From: Anthoceros angustus | Lineage: Eukaryota; Plantae; Anthocerotophyta | Reading direction: 5' to 3' | NCBI GenBank assembly: GCA_010909165.1 | Contig: MU008159.1 | Span: 124,001-188,000, forward strand | DNA: 64,000 nucleotides | In this document: piece by piece, positions 25,952-36,300 of the stretch | Layout of the letters: each line of letters opens with the position of its first letter | Position numbering within the stretch: position 1 is the stretch's first letter | Notes under the pieces: generated by a model | Databases searched by the model: none | What the model was told of the DNA's origin: nothing | The model's input: only the letters and a program-made list of their open reading frames with translations | Translations under genes and position numbers: made by a program

Positions 25952-27954
25952 CTAAAGGTGCAGCAGGCTTAAGCAAGATGTGAGGAGTATTGCAATGCCC
26001 GCGTGGAACACTGATCTGCATTGAGCACTGGACTTCCGGTTCTCGTTGCCTCCAGGCGCCCTCTGGGTGTCGTTGGATTGAGGTGCAATACTTGGCATAG
26101 CAGCGTTAGGTGCAGGACTCGGAGGAGCCCAAGGGTGGGGATAAGTTCCATCAGATTCAGCACACGGACGAAGTCTCAATTTTCCAATTGGTGTAGTCTT
26201 CGGTGCTGGCGGCTCACATAAAGCTGGGTTATGGTCCAAGATCAGACCAGAACCTAGATTTGCAAGGAAAGCAGCCGAAAACGGGACGGGGCCAGATAGG
26301 TTGTTCCCGCTCAGGTTTAACAAAGACAGCTTGCTGAGCTCTTCAAATTCCTCAGGAATTTTTCCTGTTAGCTCGTTGTCGTTCAGACCCACATATGAAA
26401 GGTTGCCAATGTCGCCAATAGAAGCAGGAATGGTGCCAGTATAAGACGAGTTGGCGAGGGATAAGTAAACCAAGCTATCTCCCATCCTCCCCCAGAACGC
26501 CGGCAGCCTACTATGCATCGGGTTGCCGTGCGCAATCAGATATTGCAAGCTGACCAGGTTGCCAAAGGAGTCCGGTAGACCATTTATCAGCTTGTTGTTG
26601 TCGACGGCAAGAAGAACGAGGACAGCAAGGTCCCCTAAAGAACTTGGGAGTAATCCCCCCAGTTCGTTCTCCCCCAAATCCAGTTTCTTCAGATTCTTCA
26701 GCTCACCTAAAGTCGAGGGAATGACATCTTGGAGTTGATTGCCTCGGAGACTCAGAATCTGCAGCATGCTAAGCTGGCCAAAAGATGGAGGGATTGGCCC
26801 GTTGAGATAGTTATAGCTGAGATCCAAGTTCTCTAGAGACTGCAGGTTCCTAAGCTCCGGAATTCTCCCTGATAGGCCGTTCAAGAGGAGGTTGAAGACC
26901 TGTTCATCGGAGTGTTGAGCATGTGAGAGGAATCATTCAGGTCTAAATTCCTAACACAGGCAAAGAATCCATCCCACCCCGAAGATTCGATTCAGCTAGG
27001 CGACAGGTTGCAGAGATCTAGAGCTCGGTAGGAATATACCTGGAGGTTGGGAAGGTTGCCAAGCTCAGAAGGAATAGGACCGACAAGCTTCGAATTATTT
27101 CGCATGTCGATCATCTCCAGTGATGTCAGTCGTCCAAGTGAGCTCGGAAGCGTCGTCTCAGTGCTCACAAAGCAGCCGAATATGAGGAGATTCTCGAGAA
27201 AGGTCAGCTGCTCAATATCATTCGGAATGTATGCATCCTCTCTGCAAGCCGGGTTCGGATCCAAGGGATTGATAAGGCCGAAGGTCAGAGTGACAACATG
27301 CAGATTAGGATCCGAGTCAAGCGGCCCAGAACACTCAAGGCCGTGCCAGAGGCCGTTACCACAAGGGTCCGGATGAGTGGTAGACCAGTCTTCTCCCTCC
27401 GCCATAGCATTCATCACGGCGAACAGAGCCTGTTGTTCAGCAGGATCCATACTCGCATAATCCTCGGTCGGACTCTGTCCGGGAGCTAGGTCTGGAGCCA
27501 TGGCTGGTGACTTCCCCGTTGCTGTCCTGCCTGCCGTCCCTGCCGGACCCTGTGTAGCAATTACGGCTGGTGATCCCACTGTTGGTGTACTGGCCCGTCC
27601 TGTTGAACTTGGTGCGGGAGCAACAACTGGTGATCCACCCTTTAGTGTCCTCCTCTCCGGTCCTCGACTGTATCCAGCAACAATGGCCAGCGGTTCCGCT
27701 GTTGGCACGTTTGCATCCGCCGGTCCCCTCGGACCCCGTGCCGGAGCTGTAGCTGGAAATCCCCCCCTTTGCGTCGTGCTTGCCACTCCTGCCGGCCCTT
27801 GCGTAGGAGCTATGGCTAGTGGTCCCGCACTTTGTTTCCTTCCATCCGCCGCTCTTGTCGGCGCCTGTGAGTAAGATATGGCCGGTGACAAGCTAGCGGA
27901 AATTTGATACAATCCGAGGATAGCAAAAATGCGGAAGACGACATTAGACTTCAT
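25952..27954 (-). CDS. LRR receptor-like protein (PII-2/TMM-related) with N-terminal AGP-like linker and hydrophobic C-terminal tail
   Basis: Exon 1 (27954-27040) gives signal MKSNVVFRIFAILGLYQISAS, an Ala/Pro/Thr/Gly-rich linker, and LRRNT EQQALFAVMNAM...DPCGNGLWHGLEC. After a GT-AG intron (27039-26900), exon 2 (26899-25952) gives plant LRRs LxLxxNxLxGxIP. Ends VFHAGIAILLTSCLSLLHL. Confidence 0.88.
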
Positions 27955-28554
27955 ACTCCAAACCTCCACAGTGTCACTCTGCACGGCAGTCAAAGAGGCG
28001 ACAATTGAGGATGAGGAACTGCATGAACCTTCGATCTCAAGCAAGCAGTTTTCGAAACAAAGCAATTGACAAAAACACAGACCTTCCGCAGGCCGAACGG
28101 TCGCTTCTCCACCAAAATCGTCAGTGCATGGACCACAATCACCTTCACTGCATCAACTGCCTGCCAATTTCCATACTGTCAGATGCGCGAATGGAGCACC
28201 GACTCGAAGTGCATGAGATTCCAAACGACCGCAAATCCGACAGGCTGTGGACACAAATGCCTGACGCAAACGCCTCATCAGAAAGAACAGTGCAATTTGA
28301 GCCAGGCCGATGCTATCGTTCAATTGTGCAGACAGGAGGCGTGAATGCACGAATCGCGCGGGAGAGCGAGACAGAGTGAGCAGATGCCAGCTAATTCAAA
28401 CGGCCGTAAATTGTCCTGTAAACCTTAATTAGCAGGCCAACGTACATATGTACCTATGTATGCAGGTATGTACATACTCTGCGCGCAAAGACACCGGCAG
28501 GTCCGACCAGCAGATGCGTCCTTTATGGCATTGGTGGAATCTGTACTGTCCGAA

Positions 28555-28618
28555 CTATGGTTACATGTAACTATAGTTACATGTAACTATAGTTTCATGT
28601 AACTATAGTTACATGTAA
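28555..28618. repeat. Self-complementary 16-bp tandem repeat (TTACATGTAACTATAG)n
   Basis: About 4 copies built from overlapping palindromes GTTACATGTAAC and TAACTATAGTTA. Confidence 0.9.
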
Positions 28619-28847
28619 AGCCTGGTTAGCTGGTCGCCCAAGAACGCCCACATCCGTTCCATGCTTCTCGCTTGCAGATCTCAACAGCCGATGCACCTCA
28701 GTGTGAGGAAGCGCTCTTTCTAGGCGGCCTGCAGTTCACCCTCAGCCTGTTTTGCTTTGAGATGTATTTCTGAGTGTGCTGGATGCGATTTCTGAAATGC
28801 AATGGAGAGACACTATCATGATCCATTCAAAGATCAGATGGGCAAGC

Positions 28848-31800
28848 TCACACGTGACACAGGCCTTCCTTCTTCAAATTTGACAGCACAAGTTTTAGCC
28901 TTGTTTCACTCTTGGAGTGCTTGTAATCCCCGACCACAAAGCTATGCACCAGACCGTCCATGTCCGTCCACCAGCTCTGACCCGGCTGCTTCCATGCCTT
29001 GGTTCTTATTCGCCTCGCTTGCATCTCGTCTGCCTGCACCCACATCTGGGCACCGGTGTATATGCTCCACATAAGGACATACGCTGGAGCATCCTTCTTG
29101 TCTAGCAAGACTGCTTGGTTGAAAGCAAGGCGGCCGACCTCAACGTTGCTCCAGTTTCGACAAGCACTCAGTAGAGTGTGCCAAACTGCAGCAGAGGGCG
29201 GTACAGGCATTGTCCTTACCAAGGCTAGAGCCTCATCCAGGAGGCCTGAGCGGCCCAGGAGGTCAACCATGCATGTGTAGTGCTCCACTGTGGGCTCGAT
29301 GCCGTAGTCTCTGTTCATGGCCTTAAAGTACTCTGTCCCCCTGTTCACTAGACCTGCATGGCTGCAGACCGTTAGAACACTAAGGAATGTGATGCCGACT
29401 GGTTGTATCCCGTCATCTCTCATTCTCTGCACCAAGTCAAAGACCATTTCACTGTCTCCTAGACTGGTGTAGCCTGCAGTCAGTGCACTCCAGGCGAAAA
29501 CATCTCTTGCGGGTAGTGCATCAAATACCTGGTGGGCATCAGCGATGCTTCCGGACTTGCCATACATGTTTATCAAACTACAGGCGACAAAAAGATCAGC
29601 TTGGAGTCCTTGTTCTTCAATCTGTGCGTGTGCCTGTCTTCCCAGATGCAAAGCTGCCAAATCGGCACATGCCTGCAGCAGGGACACAAACGTCACAGAA
29701 TTGGGTGTAGCAATGCCTTCGTCTTGCATGTCACTGTAGAGATGAAGAGCCTTCTGGCCCATGCCTTGCTGTGAGTACCCTGCTATCATGGCATTCCATG
29801 TCACCACATCTTTTGCACTGAGTCCATCAAACACTCTGTGAGCGTCTTCCAGGCTGCCACACTTTGAGTACATGTTTACCAAACTGTTGGATACAAAGAC
29901 ATCAGCATGATGGCCTCGTTCTCGAATTTGGGCATGAAGCTGTTTCCCTATCTCCAAAGCTGGGGTGCCCAAACTTGCACATGCCAGCAGGAGGCACACA
30001 AATGTCACAGAATCAGGTACGGTGATGCCTTCTTCTTGCATTGCACTGTAGAGATCAAGGGCCTCCTGGCCCATCCCCTGCTGGGAATACCCTGCTATCA
30101 TGGCATTCCAGGTCACCACATTTTTTTGACCAAGTCCTTCAAACACTCTCTGAGCACCTTCTAAGCTGCCACACTTTGCATACATGTTCACCAAGCTGCT
30201 GGCTAGAAACACATCAGCCTCCTCCCCTCCATTCCTAATTTCTGCATGAAGCTGCTTTCCCATCTCCAAAGCTGGGGTGCCCACACTTGCACAAGCCTGC
30301 AGGAGGCACACCAATGTCATAGAATCAGGTGTCACCATGCCATCTTCTTGCATAGAACTGTAGAGACGAAGGGCCTCCTGGCCCATGCCCTCATGGGAAT
30401 ACCCTGCTATCATAGAGGTCCACGTGATCACGTCTTTTTTATTAAGTCCATCAAACACTCTCTGAGCATCTTCCAAGCTGCCACACTTTGCATACATGTT
30501 CACCAGACTGTTGGCTACAAAAACATCAACTTGAAGTCCTTGTTCTCTAATCTGCATATGAAGCTGCTTTCCCTTCTCCAATGCTGGGTTACCCACACTT
30601 GCACATGCCTGCAACAGGCACAGGAATGTCACTGAATTGGGTACAGCCATGCCCTCTTTTTGCATAGCATCGTAGAGATCAAGGGCTTCCTGGCCCATGC
30701 CCTGCTGGGAATACCCTGCAATTAGAGCTGTCCATGTCACGACATCTTTTTGACCCAGTTTGTCAAAAACGTTGAGAGAGTCTTCCAAGCTGCCACATTT
30801 CGCATACATGTTAACCAAGCTGTTGGCCACAAACACATCAGCTTGGTATCCTCGTTCCCTAATTTGTACATGAAGCTGCTTCCCTGTCTCCAATGCTTGG
30901 GTGCCAACACTTGCACATGCCTGGAGGAGGCTTGCAAATGTCACAGAGTTGGGCACAGCCAAGCCTTCCTCTTGCATAGCACTGTAGAGATCAAGGGCTT
31001 CCTGGCCCATCCCCTGCTGGCAATACCCCGCAACTAGAGAATTCCACGTAACCACATCCTTCTGATCTAGTCCGTCAAACACTCTCTTAGCGTCTTCCAA
31101 GCTGCCACACTTTGCATACATGTTTACCAAACTGTTTGCTACAAACGTATCAGCTTGGTGTCCTTGATCTCTGATTTCTGCATGAAGCTGCTTCCCCTTC
31201 GCCAAAGCTGGGTTGCCTACACTTGCACATGCCTGCAAGAGGCACACAAATGTAACAGAATTGGGCACAGCCATGCCTTCTTCTTGCATAGAGCGGTACA
31301 GACGAAGGGCTTCCTGGCCCATCCCCTGCTGAGAATACCCTGCCATCATGGCATTCCATGTTACCACATCTTTTTCACAAAGTCCGTCAAACACTCTGCG
31401 AGTGTCTTCCAGGCTGCCACACTTTGCATACATGTTCACCAAACTATTGGCTACAAAGACATCAGCTTGATGTCCTTGTTGTCTAATTTGCGCATGAAGC
31501 TGTTTTCCTGTCTCCAGAGCTGTTGTGCCGACACTTGCACATGCCTGCAGGAGGCGCACAAACGTCATAGAGTCAAGTACAGAAATGCCTTCTCCTTGCA
31601 GAGCATCGTAGAGACTAAGAGCTTCCCAGCCCATGCCCTTCTGGGAATACCCTGCTATCATGGCAGTCCACGTCACTATGTCTTTTTGACCGAGTGCGTC
31701 AAACACAGCCTGGGCATCCTCTAGGCTGCCACACTTTGCATACATGTGAACCAAACTGCTGGCCACAAACACATCAGCTTGATGTCCTCCATCTCTGATA

Positions 31801-33008
31801 AGAACATGAAGGTGCTTCCCCATCTCCAAAGCGGGCTCGCCCACGCTTGCACAAGCCTGGAGGAGGCACATGAATGTCACCGAATTGGGTACAGCAAGGC
31901 CTTCGTCTTCCATAGCACCGTACAGACGGAGGGCTTCTTGCCCCATGCCCTGCTGGGAATACCCTGCAATTAAAGCAGTCCAGGTCACCACATCTTTCTT
32001 ACGCAGTCCATCAAAAAATCTTTGGGCGTCTTCCAAGCTACCACACTTTGCATACATATCCAGCAGGCAGTTACAAACAAACAAATCAGGTTCAATCCCA
32101 CTGGCCAACACATCGGCATGCACCTGCTGCCCAGCTTTCAAGTTTCCTCCCCTTGCGCACGCCTGAAGGGCTGCCACAAACACATGCCCATCTGGCTTCA
32201 CACCCGACCTGCGCATTTCATGATACAATTCCATGGCTTCCTTGTCTCGTCCGTGTTTCACATGCGCAGAGATAATTGAAGACCACATGAAGGCGTCTGG
32301 CTCCTCAACCACTGCAAACACATCCATCGCATCTTGTAACCTGCCATGCGAAGCGTACATCCGCAGGATGTGGTTGCACAGGAACGTGTCTGACTGAAAC
32401 CCCTTCTTCACCGTAAAAGCATGCACGCGGCGACCCAGAACAAGATCCTTTTTCACCACACATTTCTTCACCAGAGCATAAAACAGCGACCTTGAAATCG
32501 AGCAGTCTGTCTCCACCAAAACCTCCAGAGCATCGACAGCCTCTCTGAGACGGCCCTCATGGCACAACCTGCTCACGGTGTCAGCCGTTACGCAACTTTC
32601 GTATCCTGCAGGCCTGCCAGCATCACCACGACCCATCTTCCCCTCCAAAGCAGCAAGCTCCGCATCCACCCAAGCTGGCTTGTCCCTGTCGTTCAAACAG
32701 AGGACATCCTGTGACTGCCTGTGCCGAAAGTCAGGCCATCGGAGGCTCTTCTTATCCCGCCGCGTGTCCCACCAGAGAGTGGGGTCCCGAAAGAATTGCC
32801 CCCACAAGAGCTTCTGCCGACGAGCCTCCCTGGAAGATCCGTCTCTGCTCACACGTTCTCTTGCACGGGCTGTGTTGCTTACAAAGGTGCTGCTCCACCT
32901 CACGGATTCCTTGAAGCTTCCCAACGCTTGGTTCCCGGAAATCAGGCCAGAACCAGCTCGTCCTCGAATGCCTGCAATTCTTGAGGCAGCCATGCCTCGC
33001 AGGAGCAT
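28848..33008 (-). CDS. PLS-class PPR editing factor (1386 aa): transit peptide, OSB-type PDF motif, ~30 PLS motifs, E1/E2, WW-type E+ end
   Basis: Intact single-exon ORF. N-terminus is Arg/Ser/Ala-rich, followed by LLWGQFFRDPTLWWDTRRDKKSLRWPDFRH...PAWVDAEL. About ten 104-aa P-L-S triplets. Ends WKQPGQSWWTDMDG...LKKEGLCHV. Confidence 0.95.
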   Translation of the reverse strand: MLLRGMAASRIAGIRGRAGSGLISGNQALGSFKESVRWSSTFVSNTARARERVSRDGSSREARRQKLLWGQFFRDPTLWWDTRRDKKSLRWPDFRHRQSQDVLCLNDRDKPAWVDAELAALEGKMGRGDAGRPAGYESCVTADTVSRLCHEGRLREAVDALEVLVETDCSISRSLFYALVKKCVVKKDLVLGRRVHAFTVKKGFQSDTFLCNHILRMYASHGRLQDAMDVFAVVEEPDAFMWSSIISAHVKHGRDKEAMELYHEMRRSGVKPDGHVFVAALQACARGGNLKAGQQVHADVLASGIEPDLFVCNCLLDMYAKCGSLEDAQRFFDGLRKKDVVTWTALIAGYSQQGMGQEALRLYGAMEDEGLAVPNSVTFMCLLQACASVGEPALEMGKHLHVLIRDGGHQADVFVASSLVHMYAKCGSLEDAQAVFDALGQKDIVTWTAMIAGYSQKGMGWEALSLYDALQGEGISVLDSMTFVRLLQACASVGTTALETGKQLHAQIRQQGHQADVFVANSLVNMYAKCGSLEDTRRVFDGLCEKDVVTWNAMMAGYSQQGMGQEALRLYRSMQEEGMAVPNSVTFVCLLQACASVGNPALAKGKQLHAEIRDQGHQADTFVANSLVNMYAKCGSLEDAKRVFDGLDQKDVVTWNSLVAGYCQQGMGQEALDLYSAMQEEGLAVPNSVTFASLLQACASVGTQALETGKQLHVQIRERGYQADVFVANSLVNMYAKCGSLEDSLNVFDKLGQKDVVTWTALIAGYSQQGMGQEALDLYDAMQKEGMAVPNSVTFLCLLQACASVGNPALEKGKQLHMQIREQGLQVDVFVANSLVNMYAKCGSLEDAQRVFDGLNKKDVITWTSMIAGYSHEGMGQEALRLYSSMQEDGMVTPDSMTLVCLLQACASVGTPALEMGKQLHAEIRNGGEEADVFLASSLVNMYAKCGSLEGAQRVFEGLGQKNVVTWNAMIAGYSQQGMGQEALDLYSAMQEEGITVPDSVTFVCLLLACASLGTPALEIGKQLHAQIRERGHHADVFVSNSLVNMYSKCGSLEDAHRVFDGLSAKDVVTWNAMIAGYSQQGMGQKALHLYSDMQDEGIATPNSVTFVSLLQACADLAALHLGRQAHAQIEEQGLQADLFVACSLINMYGKSGSIADAHQVFDALPARDVFAWSALTAGYTSLGDSEMVFDLVQRMRDDGIQPVGITFLSVLTVCSHAGLVNRGTEYFKAMNRDYGIEPTVEHYTCMVDLLGRSGLLDEALALVRTMPVPPSAAVWHTLLSACRNWSNVEVGRLAFNQAVLLDKKDAPAYVLMWSIYTGAQMWVQADEMQARRIRTKAWKQPGQSWWTDMDGLVHSFVVGDYKHSKSETRLKLVLSNLKKEGLCHV

Positions 33009-33302
33009 GAGCAGAGGTCATGGCACCTTCCCAACAAAGAGCACTACGGTGCCACCAGGAATTCCCCCTCAAGGAAGCCCGACTCAAGCAATTGCTTGTC
33101 TTCAAAAGTTTTTCAAGGCTTATGGTGGGTGGGTTTTAGAGGATCGACTCTCTGATGACGATGGAACTCTTTCGAGGATCAGAGAATCAACTCTTTAGGG
33201 AATCAACTCCAGGCTGTTCACCTTGTCAAAGCATGCGCTCCAACCGATTGAATTAAGTTCTCGTCATGTAAATTTTGAGTTCATCTGCATGTTTTTGTTG
33301 AA

Positions 33303-36300
33303 ATGAGGATGTGCCTCTGCGGAAGCTTGCAGAAGATCATCGGGAAACAGAATTACTCATGTCACCCACCTGGAAGACTGATGTGTTGGCGTGCCTATAT
33401 TTCTAAACGGAGCTTGCCGGATGATGCTGACCCTCGCAGGTCTGCAGGATTTGAAAGGGGCGTAACTGCAGAAGTAGTAAGCAGCCTGTGTCATGAGGAC
33501 CATCTAACTGAGGCTGTGGAGGCTTTGGGAGTTCTGGTGCAGACAGACGGTTTTATTTCCAAATCACTGTTTAATGCAGTCGTGAAGAAATGTGCTGGAA
33601 AGACGGATCTTGTTTTGGGTCGTCGAGTTCATGCTTTGACGGTGAAAAAGGGGTATCAGGGGGACACGTTCCTGTGCAATCATTTCATCCGAATGTATGC
33701 TTCTCATGGCAGGTTGCAAGACGCGATGGATGTGTTTGCAGTGGTTGCTGAACCAAATGTCTTCCTCTGGTCTGCCATAATTTCTGCGCATGTCAGACAG
33801 GGGCAGGACAAGCAGGCCATAGAACTCTATCATCGCATGCGCCGGTCTGGTGTGAAGCCAGATGGGCATGTGTTTGTGGCAGCCCTTCAGGCATGTGGAA
33901 AGGGATCAGACCTGAAAACAGGGGAGCAGGTGCATGCTGATGTTCTGGCGAGTGGCGTTGAGCCTGATTTGTTCGTTTGTAGTAGCTTGGTGGACATGTA
34001 TGCAAAGTGTGGTAGCTTGAAAGATGCTCAAAGAGTGTTTGATGGACTTGGTCAGAAAGATGTCGTGACCTGGACTGCTCTATTAGCAGGCTATTCTCAG
34101 CAGGGCATGGGCCAGGAAGCCCTTCATCTCTATAGTGCTATGCAAGGTGAAGGAATTGCTGTACCCAATGGCGTGACATTTATGTGCCTCCTGCAGGCAT
34201 GTGGAAGTGTGGGCACCCCAGCGTTAGAAACAGGGAAGCAGCTTCATGCACAACTTAGAGAACGAGGACATGAAGCTGATGTGTTTGTAGCCAGCAGTTT
34301 GGTGAGCATGTATGCAAAGTGTGGCAGTTTGGCAGACGCTCAAGCTGTTTTTGATGGACTTGTCCAAAAGGATGTGGTGATGTGGACTGCCATGATTGCA
34401 GGGTATTCGCAGCAGGGCATGGGCCAGGAAGCCCTTCGTCTTTACAGTGCTATGCAAGAAGAAGGCATAGCTGTGCCAGATTCTGTGACTCTTGTGCGCC
34501 TCCTGCAGGCCTGTGCAAGTACTGGCGCTCCTGCCTTGGATAAGGGGAAGCAACTTCATTCGCAAATCACAGAACGAGGATTTCTATCTGATATGTTTGT
34601 AGCCAGCAGTTTGGTGAACATGTATGCAAAGTGTGGCAGCCTAGTTGATGCTCACAGAGTGTTCGACAGACTTGGTCAAAAAGATGTAGTCACATGGACT
34701 GCTCTGATTGCAGGATATTCCCAGCAGGGCATGGGTCAGGAAGCTCTTCATCTCTATTCTGCTATGCAAGAAGATGGTAAGGCTCTACCCAATTCTGTCA
34801 CATTTGTCTCCCTTCTGCAGGCATGCGCAAGTGTGGGTGCCCCAGCGTTGGAGACAGGGAAGCAGCTACATACACAAATTAGAGAAGAAGGACACGAAGC
34901 TGATGTGTTTATAGGTAACAGTCTAGTGAACATGTATGCAAAGTGTGGCAGCTTGAAAGATGCTCAAAGATTGTTTGACGGCCTTGGTCAAAAGATGTGG
35001 GAGTTGGAATGCTCTAATAACAGGGTATTCTCAGAAGGGCATGGGGCAGGAGGCCCTTCACCTGTACGGTCTCATGCAAGAAGAAGGCATGGCTATACCT
35101 GATTCTGTGACATATCTGTGCCTCTTGCAGGCTTGTGCAAGTGTGGGTCCCTCCGCTTTGAAGATGGGGAAACAGCTGGATGCGCAAATTAGAGAACAAG
35201 GTCATCAAGCTGATGTCGTGGTAGCCTGTAGTCTGGTGAACATGTATGCCAAATGTGGCAGCTTGGAGGACGCTCAAACAGTGTTTGATAGACTTGGTGA
35301 GAAAGATGTGGTGACATGGACTGCTCTAATTGCAGGGTATTCCCAGCAGGGCATGGGTCAGGAAGCCCTTCGTCTCTATTCTGCTATGCAAGAAGATGGT
35401 AAGGCTCTACCCAATTCTGTCACATTTGTCTCCTTCTGCAGGCATGCGCAAGTGTGGGTGCCCCAGCGTTGGAGACAGGGAAGCAGCTACATACACAAAT
35501 TAGAGAAGAAGGACACGAAGCTGATGTGTTTATAGGTAACAGTCTAGTGAACATGTATGCAAAGTGTGGCAGCTTGAAAGATGCTCAAAGATTGTTTGAC
35601 GGCCTTGGTCAAAAGATGTGGGAGTTGGAATGCTCTAATAACAGGGTATTCTCAGAAGGGCATGGGGCAGGAGGCCCTTCACCTGTACGGTCTCATGCAA
35701 GAAGAAGGCATGGCTATACCTGATTCTGTGACATATCTGTGCCTCTTGCAGGCTTGTGCAAGTGTGGGTCCCTCCGCTTTGAAGATGGGGAAACAGCTGG
35801 ATGCGCAAATTAGAGAACAAGGTCATCAAGCTGATGTCGTGGTAGCCTGTAGTCTGGTGAACATGTATGCCAAATGTGGCAGCTTGGAGGACGCTCAAAC
35901 AGTGTTTGATAGACTTGGTGAGAAAGATGTGGTGACATGGACTGCTCTATTAGCAGGCTATTCTCAGCAGGGCATGGGCCAGGAAGCCCTTCATCTCTAT
36001 AGTGCTATGCAAGGTGAAGGAATTGCTGTACCCAATGGCGTGACATTTATGTGCCTCCTGCAGGCATGTGGAAGTGTGGGCACCCCAGCGTTAGAAACAG
36101 GGAAGCAGCTTCATGCACAACTTAGAGAACGAGGACATGAAGCTGATGTGTTTGTAGCCAGCAGTTTGGTGAGCATGTATGCAAAGTGTGGCAGTTTGGC
36201 AGACGCTCAAGCTGTTTGATGGACTTGTCCAAAAGGATGTGGTGATGTGGACTGCCATGATTGCAGGGTATTCTCAGAAGGGCATGGGAAGCCCTTCGTC

